From positions 13,262,716 to 13,326,715 of the forward strand of contig CP154954.1 of NCBI GenBank assembly GCA_039621445.1: a stretch of DNA of 64,000 bases, given 5' to 3'. Of this stretch, positions 36,200 to 48,661 are shown one piece after another (within the stretch, counting starts at the first letter, position 1; every line of letters starts with the position of its first letter). Made by a program: the position numbers and the translations under genes. Under the pieces are notes generated by a model that saw nothing but the letters and a program-made list of their open reading frames with translations, did not search any database and was not told the DNA's origin. Source of the DNA: Euglena gracilis. Lineage: Eukaryota.

Positions 36200-39100
36200 C
36201 AACTTCTGTTAAAAACCCAGATTAAGTTGGCAAATGGGGAGGAAAAAACGTCCAAAATCTTGTTTGACACGGGGACTGAGGCAAACCTCATTCGACAAGG
36301 GTTGATAGGGGAACACCTAATGTATCCTGTTAAGGACCCGTTAAGGTTTGAAACTGCCAATGGGCAAACTTTGGCGGGGGGGAGCAGATGTGCTAAGGTA
36401 AAAATGATCCTTCAACAAAATTGGAATGAGGAAAGGGAAATTGAGTGTGTGTAGAATACGAGGTTGAATTTTACGAGGCAAATATCAACGTTGACGCAAT
36501 TATTTCTTATCCATGGTTGGCAGAAGCAAAACTGGTAATTTTTCCACACCACAAGGCGTTGGTGAAAGACAGCCCCGACCTGTTTTTTTTGCGGGGTGTT
36601 GACAGACGGAGGGGTCCGCAAAAATTCAGGGATGACATAAATTTTTCGGTGGGCAATGTGACTGTGGCGGACGGGTCTTAGTTTGGGTTGCAAAAACTTG
36701 GTCTTTGTTTGCCATTGGAGGGGTTGGACCAGGAAGTGCAATTTTTGAGCGATGAGGACCTAAGGGAGGTTGCGACAAATTTGGAGGGAAGTGACCCCCC
36801 AGTGCAAGTTATCAACCGAATGATAATTGCAAGGGATGGGGAGGACAAAAAAGAGGAGGAACAGGTAGTCAAGTTGAGGGAACAAGTTTTGGAAGATTAC
36901 CGGGGGACGGTATTTCGGTCATCGCCATTTCCAGACCCCCCCGAAAAAGGGCAATATGGTTATGCATACATACCGTTGAAGGAGGGGGCAAAGCCAACCA
37001 GACAGAAGCCTTTTTTCATGCACGGTGAGCGGAAAGAGGCACTTGAAAAAAGCACCCAAGACTGGCTCGACAAAAAATACATTGAGCCAGCTACAGCCAA
37101 AAATTCAAAGGATGTCCCAGACTTTTCCAGTTCAATAAAAATCCAACGATTTTCCTTGGAGGGGGGTGGTGGACCTCAGGGGGCCAAACAGCCAAACAAG
37201 GCGATGCAACTACCCCCTACCCAAAATTGAAGACATTTTGGTCAAACATGGTGCAAAACCAAATGTTTTCGATCATCGATTTGAAGCAAGCTTTTCACCA
37301 ACAACCTTTACACCCAGAAAGTCGACCCATAACGTGTTGTTTCACCCCCAAAGGCATTTTTCAGTGGAGGGTGAACGTAATGGGTTTGACAAATGCCCCC
37401 CAGCAATTTCAGCAAATGATCGATGACCGTTTGACACCAGTAAGGGATATCGCCACAGGGTACATAGATGACATACTGGTGGGGACAACGGTCGGGGAAG
37501 GGGAGGACCTGGTGGGGGCACACGAAAAAGATTTCAGAAGGGTGTTGGAAGTGCTGAAAACAGAATTTTTGGTGGCTGATGAATTCAAAGCCAAACTTTT
37601 TGTGGAGGAGGTTGAATTTTGTGGAAAAATTTTAGGAAACGGGACTAGGAGGCCTGCACCGGGTAAGTTACGAGCGATCGAAAAGTGGGAGGTTCCAAAA
37701 ACAATTACGGCTTTGAGAGCCTTTTTGGGATTCACAAATTATTACAATGCATACATTCACATGTATGCGGAAGTAGCAGCCCGGTTGCAAGACAAATTGA
37801 AAGGCACCCAGGGAGGTGGGAAAGAAAGGAGGTCGAAAACCTGTGGAATTTGATGGGGAGGATTTAAAAGCTTTTGAGGAGCTGAAAAAAAAGGTTGTGT
37901 TCGGGTCTAATGTTGCAACGGGTAGCCCCAGATAAACCCTTTGTGCTAAGGGTTTATGCCAGTGGGTACGCCGTTGGGGCAACGTTAGAGCAAATGAAGG
38001 AGGGGGGAGGAAGTCCCACAGCCCAGGATGTGATAGAGAAAAAAACTGTGCCAGTGGCTTTTATGTCTCGAAAATTGACCGAGGGGCAAAGAAAATGGAC
38101 CCCCAGGGAGTTGGAGACGTACGCCATAATTTTTGAACTATAAAAATGGGAGAGTTGGATTGGATTGCAACCTGTTTTGGTTTTAACCGACTACAAAAGT
38201 TTGGAGTTTTGGACAAGGGAGGTCGTAGGCACCCCCAGTGGTCTGGTTGGGAGGGGGAGCGAGATGGCACAAATTTTCTCCGAGTATGGTTTGATCTCCC
38301 GGGTAAAGAAAATAACATAGCTGATATCCTTAGCCGGTGGGCATAGCCAGCTTCACAGGCCCTAAAGGATATAAGTTAGCATGGGTCGGCCGAAGACAAG
38401 TATGAAATGGAAAATTTTATCCGGGAGTAAAAAGAAGAGGAAAAAAAGTGTTTGGAGATAAGGATCAAAAACCAGCCCATTTTAAGTAATGCCTGGATAC
38501 AGGGGGGTGACAACCCGTGGCGGCAAAAACGTAACACCTGAGGAGGAAAATGGAGAGTGCACAAGAAGGTGAACTGAGGGTGGGGTAGACCCAGGAGGAA
38601 AATAAATCCCTGCGAACACCCAATCACAAGGGTCCAGGAATGAAAAGAAACGAGTTCATTTTTGGGATGAGAATTTAGTGGGGGGAGACGACCCCTGTCT
38701 CGGAGACGGCTTGAAAGTTCGAGGGGGGACACTCGTATGGAAGTGAGGCCCTGCCAAGTACGACTCCTAAGGATATTAAGCCCGTATGGGAGCGTGATTG
38801 GGGGGAAGCATATTCCCAATGCCCCACATGGAAAGAAAAATGGGTAGCTACCAAAGGCGATTCAATTTGGCCAAAGGGCTTCAAAGTGCTAAATGGCCAA
38901 TTGTTTTTTGAAGAAGAAAAGTTGTGTGTGTGACTGAAAGTTTTCAACACTTGGTGATTCAAGAAATTCACGAGGTTTTGGGGCACATTGGCCCTGAAAA
39001 AGTTTGGAAACACATGGCGATCCGGTTTCGTTGTGCTGATGAAAAGGCTGCAAACAACTAAACCAAAATTGCAGCAAAAATTGTTCCACATGCCAAGCGA

Positions 39101-40265
39101 GTGTGAGGGGGGAGAGTTTGAAAGGACCGATCGAGTCCACACCCATACCCCCTGCACTAATGACAAGTGTTGCCATCGATTTGTTTCGAATGCCAAGGGT
39201 TTTACACGATGGGGGGGAGTATGACACCCTAGCCCTTGGTGTGGATAGGCATTCGGGATGGATTGTGGAGGTTGCATGCAAGGACAAATGACTAACCGGT
39301 GCCAAGTTGGCTAAGGAAATGGTGAAAAATCAGTGGAGGCCTTTTGGGGTTCCCTCGGTCATCTCAAGTGACCAAGGGAGCCATTTCACAAGCACTTGGT
39401 GGAAAAACATGTGTGCACTTTGGGGATTAGGCAAGCATTCCCAAGCATACCACCACCAAGCAAACGGGAGGGTTGAGAGAGCCGGATAACAGGTAATGGA
39501 GGTGTTGAGAAAATTCTATGTGGAGGAAAAAATTAATTGGGTTGAAGCTTTACCCCAAGTTTTGGACCGAATTCATGACGTAAATGGGGAAAGCGGATTG
39601 AGCCCATTTGAAATTTTGCATGGAAGGGAACGACCATTGGCAGGGGTACCCTACCAACCACCCAAAGAACGTGAGGATTCGGTGGAGTTTTTCCGTAGGA
39701 TGCAAGACATTGATGGGAGGGTGGCTAGGATACTCAACAAAAAGCATGAGGAGGAGGTGGCAAGGATAAATAAGGGGAGGAAAGAAATGGAACCCCTAAA
39801 GGTGGGGACGACGGTTTGGTATAGGAGACCCGAAGGGTCGGGTGAGAAGCTTGACTCTAGGTGGGTGGGACCTGGGGTCGTGAAGGGTAGAGAAGGGGAA
39901 CGAAGTTATGTAATCGAAATGAAACCTGGGGTGGAGACAAAAGCTCATAGGAATTTTTTGAAGGAGTATCGTGAACCCCAAGTGGAAGGTAAGGGGGTGC
40001 CTCTTTTTTACTATAAACGGACCGAAAAAGAAGAAGAGGCATTACCTGATGAGTGGGAGGTGGAAAAATTCTAAGGCATCGGAAAGGAAAAGATGGAAAG
40101 TGGGAGTTTTTGACCAAGTGGGTCGGATATGAGGATGGGGAGGAAACCTGGGAACCGGCTGGAAATTTCATTCACAGATTCAGTGGGGAGTTTGTAAGAT
40201 ATTGCCGTGAGAAAAAAGTGAAAATGGACATCATGTCCGAAGTTAAAATTTACAGTTGGCCATAG
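36200..40265 (+). pseudogene. pol: Pol of element C: protease, RT, RNase H, integrase, chromodomain; many stops/frameshifts
   Basis: ILFDTGTE; IDLKQAFHQ and GYIDDIL; VAFMSRKL; SSDQGSHF and ANGRVE; EWEVEK/ILRHR...FLTKWVGYEDGEETWEP. Confidence 0.95.
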
Positions 40266-41201
40266 GCTCTAAGGTGAGCCATAAGGCCCTGTCCAAGGCT
40301 CTACGGTGAGCCTAATGGGAAGGCAAAGTGCTGTTTTCAAAATTCAAAAACCCGATTTGCACGCCCGTGTGGGTGTGAGTGCACGCACACACGCATGAGC
40401 GTGTAAATGAGCGAATGTACAAATGCAAGAATTTGCCAAAAAGAATGGAGAAAGGTAGAAAAAGTCCCCACAAGGGGGCCGGGGCACCGCAGTATATGCA
40501 CTGCCCGTTTGCTATATTTGCTGTCCGCTGTCCTTCTTCCCTTCCCTCCCTCTACCTTACCCCGCGTTGCCGTCACGTCTCCCTCGCATACACACATAGC
40601 GGTGTTGTTAGGGTTTGGAAAAGGATTCTTTTTTCAGATTGATTCCTTGAGATGATGGATTACATTATGGTTGGGAGTCCTTGGTCACATTATGAGCCCC
40701 CCTTCGGTTTGACAAAAATCCCCCCGGCCCGAGGAGGGGGGGGGGTTGATTTTTTGACCAAAATCCCCCCGGCCCGAGGAGGGGGGGGGGGCGCTTGATT
40801 TTTTTGACAAAAACCCCCGGCCCGAGGAGGGGGGGGGGCTTGACAAATTTGAACCATAAATCCCCCCGACCCGAGGGGGGGGGCGCCAACCGAATTTTTA
40901 CCCAAAATTCCCCGACCCGTTGGAAAGGGGGAGGCAGATCTTGGTGAAGACCCTCATACCTCCCGTGAGAAGCGGGGGGGGGGGGGCAGCCAAATATTCA
41001 TTGGTTGGTGAACCGAGTCTTTCCCAAAGGTTTGAAGGCACTTGAAAGCCATAGTCCCTGAATTTTGTTTCCCGTTTGGTTGGTTCAAGGGAGCATGTGT
41101 GGGACATAGGCTTTGGGTGAAGGAGTGTCGATTGGAGGTGTTCCCCCGTCTTTGTTGAGGAAAAGGGGGGGGGGGAGTTTTTGGTGTCCGACTAAGGTCG
41201 C

Positions 41202-41212
41202 AAGGGAGGGGG
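41202..41212 (+). promoter_or_regulatory. Polypurine tract of element C
   Basis: AAGGGAGGGGG directly precedes the 3' LTR TG. Confidence 0.85.
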
Positions 41213-42070
41213 TGTTGGCCGCCGGCTTTCGCCGGCAGCCAAAAATTGCAAGGAAAGCGCAAATTTCAAATTCGCGGGTAACAGCCAATCAGTTAAAAAA
41301 AAACCCGTGATAGAAATTGGAAGCGGGTCAAATTAGTTTGCATCTTCAAAGTCTGTTTTTTTGCAGAACTTGAGGGGCTTTCCCCACTATTTGGCAAAGA
41401 AGGGATACCATTGTATTGAATTTGGCATTTACATTCTTGGTGAGAATTCGAAGTGTGGATCACATTGTTGGTGGACTTTGAATTGCAATTCATATTGGTT
41501 ATTGAAGTCAATTTGGAATTGAAATAAAGAAGGAGACCCTACAACACCGCCACCCTCACCGCCGCTCCTATTCCCTATACCCCTCTTCCTTGCCCCAGGT
41601 TTGCACATTTTCACACATTCACATTTCACAGTACGTTTTCAATTCTTCACATTCAGCTACTTTCAGTTTTTCATTCTCAAAGATTTAAGTTTCAGTGGGT
41701 TGGGTTGTGGGTTGGTTTTACCTTCAAGGTGTGCAAGAGAGAGTCTGAGAGTGAGAGAGAAAGAGAGAGGAGAAAAGTGAGATTTCATTACAAATGGCAG
41801 ATTTTTCGATTTTCACCAAATTTTCGGAAAACATTAAAAAAACGATCCTACGCGCCGGCTGGGGTAGGGGGAAACACCTGGGTGAAAAAATGGGAGTTGG
41901 CCTGAGCCCACCAACCCCCAGAAAAAGCGCAGGCCCCGCCCCGGAAACACCCACCCCCCGGCTGTCGGTGGTTTTCCACGACGGCGAGGACCCCCCCGGG
42001 CCCTCGGCCCACCGGGACTCGCCGGTCGCGGGGGCGACCGGCGGCGCACAGGGGGTGGGGCCGGCGAACA
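41213..42070 (+). repeat. 3' LTR of element C
   Basis: TGTTGGCC...GCGAACA followed by the TGCG TSD. Confidence 0.95.
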
Positions 42071-45000
42071 TGCGGAAATAAACAGAGAACATTTTTGTTT
42101 GCGCATTTGCGCAAATGCGCGCATAAAACATTTTTTTTGTGTGCGCATTTGCGCCCATAAGCTTGCGCGTTGACAAACAGTGTGACAAACCCACCAACTG
42201 GACGGCCCTCTTGTCTGCGCACTCACGACTCCTTTGTCACGCGGTTTATCAACAGCGTCAGTTCATGGGTACCAAAGCCCAATCCCTGAAGGACACGTTT
42301 ATGTCCACACACATAAACATGTTGGTGCGCGCATTTGCGCAAATAAACACAAACATGTCCTTCCAGTGTTGGGCTTCTTCCGCTGGGTTCTTTGCCACAC
42401 AATTGTTTGTTCGTATCCCGGGTATAAGCCAGGTGGGAGACACCCGTCCCCCTCATTCCCTGTGGGCCCTATTTCTTCCCCCTTGCACGTCCCTTGCCCA
42501 ACACCCCACACTTACCTTCCTCTCACTGCGGCCCTCCCGCCGGCTTGGTCACACCAGACCCACACCCCCCGGCACCTCCTCCCCGCACTTTAACAAACAG
42601 CCCACAAACATCACACCAGGGCGCCGCAAGCAAAGCAGTCCGGCAAACACCCAGGACGCACACCGCCGGCAGCTCGGATACATCCGGGGACACAGCCGAA
42701 AGGAGCAACAGGGTCAGTAAAGGTCCCGTTCCTATGGTGCTTTTTTGCGTTTTTTTCAGTGTGAGCCGGCAGGGTCCCGGGGGTTTGGGCCCACAAAAAC
42801 CTTTCCGACACACCCCCAAAATCACTGTTTTTGGCCAAAATCCCGGGGGTCACACCGCCAAAACCAAAAAATCCCTGCGTTTTTGCCCTTGCTTGTCTAC
42901 ATGTTTTTAAACCCCCGGACCTTCGCCGCCGGAATCAAAAAACTCGGGGGTTTGCGCAAATGCGCAAATCAAACGAAAAAGCTTAAGTGCGAATTAGGCC
43001 GTCTAAGTCATTCACGCATGGAGATACTCCCTGGGGCCTGATTAACAGAGGCACACCGTGCCCCAAGCACGCAAGATGCACACCAGCGCTTAAAGTATGA
43101 TCATTGTGACACTCCGAGAAAATGCTTTCCCTCCCGTTTCTCCGCGCAAGGTTACTGCCTAACCTCAGAATATGGCTGAGATCTATCCAACCAATCACCC
43201 TCTCCAGAGTATCCAGGGCTGAAGAAAAAAAACTCTGGCACCAAACCTGGGGGCTGCAAGCAAGAGACGGGTGCAATGATTTGTGTGTTGCCACGGCAGC
43301 CAGTGATGGGGGGGCATGGGTCAGTATGCCACACGATGCGCAGGGCTCATGCTGGGACAACAACGAGGATGGGGAACGGGAAGCCGGGCTGGGTGAGAGC
43401 TGTGAGGGAGGTCATGGGGGAAAGGCGGCGCTCCATCAACGGAACAGAACAAACGGTCGACAGGAGCGCAGGGCTGTATGGGTCTGTGGATCAATACAGG
43501 TCGGTGGCTGAGTGATGGCCATGCGCCTTTAGACAACTCCAGTTACCCCACATTTCCACCCAACCCACCGTCCTCCCCTCCCCCGGATCAGTGGGCCACG
43601 TTGGTCCCCACAGGCCAGGGAACCAACGTCAGGAGGGCCACGTTGACTACAACAGCGCGGGGGGGGGGGGGACGCGTGCTGCCAAGCCAAATGGCTTAAA
43701 AAGAGGGGCATCTCGGGGGGGGGCAGAGCGTCACTTAGCGACCCCCCAAGGGGGGGGTCCAGCTGAAAGGCGTATCTGCATGTTTTTTTTCTTTCTTTGC
43801 AAATAATTGTGTTGCTTGGGTCTCCCCATTTCCTAGTTTTTCCTGTTCAATCCCCCCCCCGGCTCATTGCCCCCCCCCTCCCAGCTGTTGGAGTGAACTT
43901 GCCCCCCCCCCCCGCCCCAGATGGCTCCCAGCCAGGGCGTCGCTTTAGCTGAAGGGGGTGTCCAGCCAGCCAGCCAGCAGCCTTTTCCAGTTCCGGAACC
44001 CACACCATCGACAAGTGGTATTGAACGGATTTTTTGGCTTTTGGGGACGCAAAAAAATGGGTCGAAAATGGGCCAAATGGGTTGGAAAATGGCTGACGAG
44101 GCAGATTTTGGCTCGACAATTGATTTGTTGCGGTATTGCCAGTCTTTTAATTTTTTTTGAATGGCAGTGCCGATCTTTTTGATACCCAGTTCGACCTGTG
44201 GTCGGCCTGGTTCCAGCCGGGGGTCAGCCAGCAGCCTGTTTCTCAAGTCAGCCCAAATGAACCAAAAACCCAAATGAACGCAAGACGCTCAGAATTGCAA
44301 ACTCAATGTAATGCGCCCAGGAGGGAAAAAAATGAGGCAAAAAAATTGTGGTCTTGGGTGCATTCTGAATAATGCGCATTCTTTGGTTTTCAGAATTTCA
44401 GAACGGCCAAAAAACTGGCAAAAAAATGAATGAAGCCTCGGGAAACAATTTTTGAGCCAAGTGCAAGAATGACAAATGCCGGGGGTCTGTGGACAATACA
44501 CAGCCCTGGGGATCGGGGTACAGGGAGGGGCCACAGGGGTCAAGCCGGCGACGACAAGGTCGATGCAGCAGCACCAGCAGGGGCAGAGGCACGGGGTGGT
44601 GGGTGGTGAGACTAGGGGTGGCGGGGCAGGGCGGAAGGCAGCAGAGGAGGTTGGGATCCAGCCCCCCCCATCCACCCCCCCCCAGGGCGTCCCTCAACGG
44701 CAGGGACAAAATGAAAAAAACACGCACACGTTGTTTTGTAGGCTTTGGAACATTCTGAACAATGTGCATTTTTGGTCAAAAATTTCAGGATGCCCAAAAA
44801 ACTGGCAAAAATGGCAATAATCCAAATAATTAATAATTAATTAAATTATTAATTATTCGAAAAAATAATTTATAATTAGAATTCGGAAGTCAGAATAGTT
44901 AGAGTTCGGGAAAATGGCATCCCGGACACCACCATCCCTGTGGCTTCTCGCCTACCTACCCCCCCCCAAAACCATCAAACTCTCCAAACGGGCATTATCC

Positions 45001-45667
45001 CCCAACTGTCACCGACAGGTCAACCTCTCCTGGAGGGGGGGGAGGGGTAGTGGAACTCCCCTCCACCTCCCCTTGGAAGGGCTGGCCTGCACTGGACCCA
45101 AATAACATGATGGTTTTGCATGGTTCGGGGGGGGGGGGGGGGGGCTGCACTGCAAGAGGGATATCAGCATCTGTGGAGCGGTTTTCAAAGGACGGGTCCA
45201 AACCAAAATGTCATAAGAATTCCATCCAAATGAGGCGGCGGCTGCCCAGTAAAACCAACGGAGTGAACGTGTGGCCTGTGTGGTGGTTCCGCTCCGGCTG
45301 GGGTTATCCCAGCCCGGTCGTGAACCACTGCACACCACAGAGGCGGTCTGCACAACACCGCCGATGCCACAGGCAACGTTTGAAAAAAACCAAAACACCC
45401 AAAAGCTCACAGCAGGACACATGAATCATAGCAAACACAGCAGACACAGCACAGGCAGGCACAGACAAAGAATAAGCGAGGTTTAAAAGGACCAAAAAGG
45501 GTTGGGATTTTTGGCGGATGTGGGATTTGTTTTCCTTTTCCAAGGTCGATTGAAATAGAAATGTGTCCTTTGCTTGCTTCCCAAGCCTTCAGCCTTGTGG
45601 CCAATTCAATAGATTGATGTTGGACCATTTTCTCAAATATCTAGGAACTTGGTCAAAAAAATTCACC

Positions 45668-46070
45668 TAACCCCCCCCCCCGGCAAATACAACCCCTCCC
45701 CCCTCAATTTCAAGTCACTGGGGGTCTTGAAATTCTGCCCAAATATAACCCCCCCCACCCAGCCAAACGCTGACAGCACGCGTGAGGGGCGCGAGACAGG
45801 AAAAATGCCAACAATTTGATCATCTCGTGGCAGATTTAGGTCATGATTCTGACACTTTTTGTCAAAAAAATGGTCATGGGCTGGAATTTTGCCTAAAAGT
45901 TGTGAAATTTGGCCAAAATTTGGGCAAAATTGTAAATACGCTTTTTGGTTACGGAAGGTTGCTTTTCCCTCCCAAATATAAAAAACCCAAATATACCCCC
46001 CCTCATGGTCTTGAAATTTCCGCCCAAATTAAACGTCGGGGGCGTTTTGCATTTTAGGGGGGGGGGGTTA
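45668..46070. mobile_element. TA-flanked MITE with poly-C/poly-G termini
   Basis: TAAC(11)...G(11)TTA ends; internal repeated GGTCTTGAAATT..GCCCAAAT. Confidence 0.5.
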
Positions 46071-48661
46071 CGGGTCAAGCGGGGTTTTTCTGTAGAGGTA
46101 ATCTTCGCTCTTGCCCGTGATACAATAAGAATCCATGAAAGGATAAGAGCACAGCGATCCCCTTCTGATGTTGTATTTTTCAGTTCTCTTAATATTCCTC
46201 AGTAAAGAATACTTAGGACTATTCACAATCTCAATTCTTTGAAAATTGTCCACATAAAGGCGCATCAAACAGGAAAGGAAAATCACCAGAAAAATTCGAT
46301 CACAGTAAGCCAGTATAAAAGTCAGAAACGAGCAAACATTGTGTGCAAGACCCACAGAAATTAACCCAGGGACCTATGTCTTGTGGTTAGTTGTTGACTT
46401 CGAAGACATTGCTCCAAAATACCCCCCCCCCCGCAGTGGTTAATCCCCAGCCTCCGACGTCTTTTCTAAATTTGTTGACTGTTGGCAAAAATGAGACCTA
46501 AGCTGTGACAACGTAGGGCTCGTTACCAATCTGTCAAAAACTGCCAGTTTGGTGCGCAGTGTGCGGCACTCTTGATGATGCGAGTATGGCGCTGTACAGT
46601 TCGACGGTCAGGGGGGTCGTGTGGAACAGGAGCCCAGGGCGATTCCTGTGCAGGCCGGTAGAGTGGCGGTGTGCTGATGGGGCGCAATGCAGAGGAAGCA
46701 GCCAATGCAGTGCGGGAGGAGTGGGATTTTTGCCGAAATCCATTTCTGGATTTCGATCCTATCAAAAAGGGGCCTCAAGTCTGACTACCTGTGCCCCCCA
46801 TTGTCGAAGAAACGGAAAAGATGGGTGAGAGAGCCAGGGCTGGTGGTACTTACAAACAAGGGGGAGCAATCTGGCCGAAACCTTTAAATTTTTTCCAGGT
46901 TCTCAAAGAAATACCCTTGTCTAATTAGCTTCTTTGCCTTCTTTGCCCACATTTTGGCAAATATGAACCATTTTCCGAATTTTTGTGGTGTTTTTTGTCA
47001 TGGGTTTTTGGCATTCGAGACCAATTGTGACATGAGTGCTCTACGCTAGGATACAGCAGTCATTTCTTGTCGAATTTCGCCACCCATAAAGGTCGTCATC
47101 ATCTTCCTGCCTGGAAAGTTCTGGCCCAAACTCATTGTTGAAGACTGTCTCAACTGGGTTCAACTGTCCCAATTTTTCCCGAAGTTGGTCAGCGAAATGT
47201 TTAGTTCATTTTGGGTCTGTCCCAGGCTTTCTTTCAGATGAATTTCCAACCAAAGCATTTAAAGCACTTGAACTCTTTCTGCTTTAGTAAATAAAAAAAA
47301 TGAAAACAGCTCTTTTAGGTAGGCTTTGAGGATGCCCAGTGCTTCCCTGAGAAAATGCTGGAAAGGGAGGAACAGTACTTAGGCAGTGGCCTCCTTTACC
47401 CCCCCCCTGTCGAAGCACGTTGATGGTCATCTTCCTGGGAAGTGTGTTTTCCTCAATGTGGGGAGGAACCTGACTGGGAAAAAAATTCTGGCTCTTGGGC
47501 TCTGTGAAAAGGAAAATATTACCTTACTTTTCACTGGGCACCCGTAGAAAATGAAGGAATGCTGATCTCCTTGAAGGGTGTTTTGGTGGAAACGCCATCA
47601 ATGTTTCACCAACCCAAGTCCCAAAGTTTCTTCACGCAACTATTCCCCTTGACTTTGGCATTCAGGCTTGGGGAGTAACGAAGGGGATGGCACCCTGTTA
47701 AGTCGGCCAGGCGTGCTCTCACTTGACTTATGCACCGCTATTCTGAGCACTGAGCTTGCCTTAGCACACACCAGGTTTTCCCCAACGTTTGAAAAGTTGT
47801 TTTTATGGGAAGTGTTTTTCCTTGTGGATTTTTTGATATATTTGTCACAAATTTCGAAATCAAACATCACAAGGAAGACCTCAGAGTAACAATAAAAAAA
47901 CAATAAAAATGAGCATGTGCCCCGTGAAGCAGGAGGTTTTCAGGCGTATTGGCTGCCTTCTGGGATAGTCTGAACCTCTCAGAAGCCCTAAGGGCCCCTT
48001 TGAAGAAAGCACAAATTCTATGAAGAGGAAAACATGGTCGATGCTGGGAGAGGGATGCGGTGACAACCACCACCAAAATGAAACGTTGGCCCAGTCCCAT
48101 TTTCTGTCATTAACTCCACCCCCCTGTGCCAACCGATTCGACACATCCATGCTGGTTTTAAGCTGATTAACAGAGCCCTCAGGAGACTGTCTCTGGCAAG
48201 TTAGCGAGTACAGAGGTAGAAGAAAGCTTCCAGAGTGGTTCAGGGGAAATTGATTTTACCCCCAGCCAATAGAAAATTCAAAGCAGCACTTTTTTCACAT
48301 ATTTGTGATGGAAAAGCCTGAAAAGAATATTCGCATTGTTTTCAGCATCGGAAATGTGCATTTTTCAACCAAAAATGGGAATAATCGCAAAAGAAAAATC
48401 TAAAGGAGTCAGGTCATCAGGTTAAAGCGTAGGAGAGAGGTCCCTATGAGGACAGGTTTGCAAGTGCAGAGGGTTTTGGACAGCTGTATCAACGGAAAAT
48501 TAATGATGGCTTTCTCACCCCCTGAGCTTCACAATGGCGTGGGGAGGTAAACTTGGGAGGAGGGCCTTAAACAGCACGTTATGCCGAGGGAGAGGGACTA
48601 CCACTGTCATGATTTTCCAACCCATAACTCAGCCTTCATTTCAAAAATTATCACCTCTGAG

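Larger units (their letters stand above)
30108..42070 (+). mobile_element. Element C: full-length Ty3/Gypsy chromovirus LTR retrotransposon carrying C5 DNA MTase then N6-type MTase (degenerate)
   Basis: LTRs 30108-30957 and 41213-42070 (TG...CA), TGCG TSD (30104-30107, 42071-42074), PBS, PPT, and Gag-MTase-MTase-PR-RT-RH-IN-chromo order. Confidence 0.96.
28205..43007. mobile_element. Element D: non-autonomous TIR DNA transposon (~2.8 kb net of nested element C), 5-bp TSD
   Basis: TIRs CTTAGACGGCCGAAATCACACTTAAG / CTTAGACGGCCTAATTCGCACTTAAG (23/26, extending imperfectly to ~58 bp). TCATT flanks both sides (28200-28204, 43008-43012). Many internal TTTGCGCAAA/GCGCATTTGCGC motifs. Confidence 0.88.

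Noticed and set aside
46900-48600. Decayed transposase or gene
   Set aside because: Stops occur in the frames I examined and no motif was recognisable.
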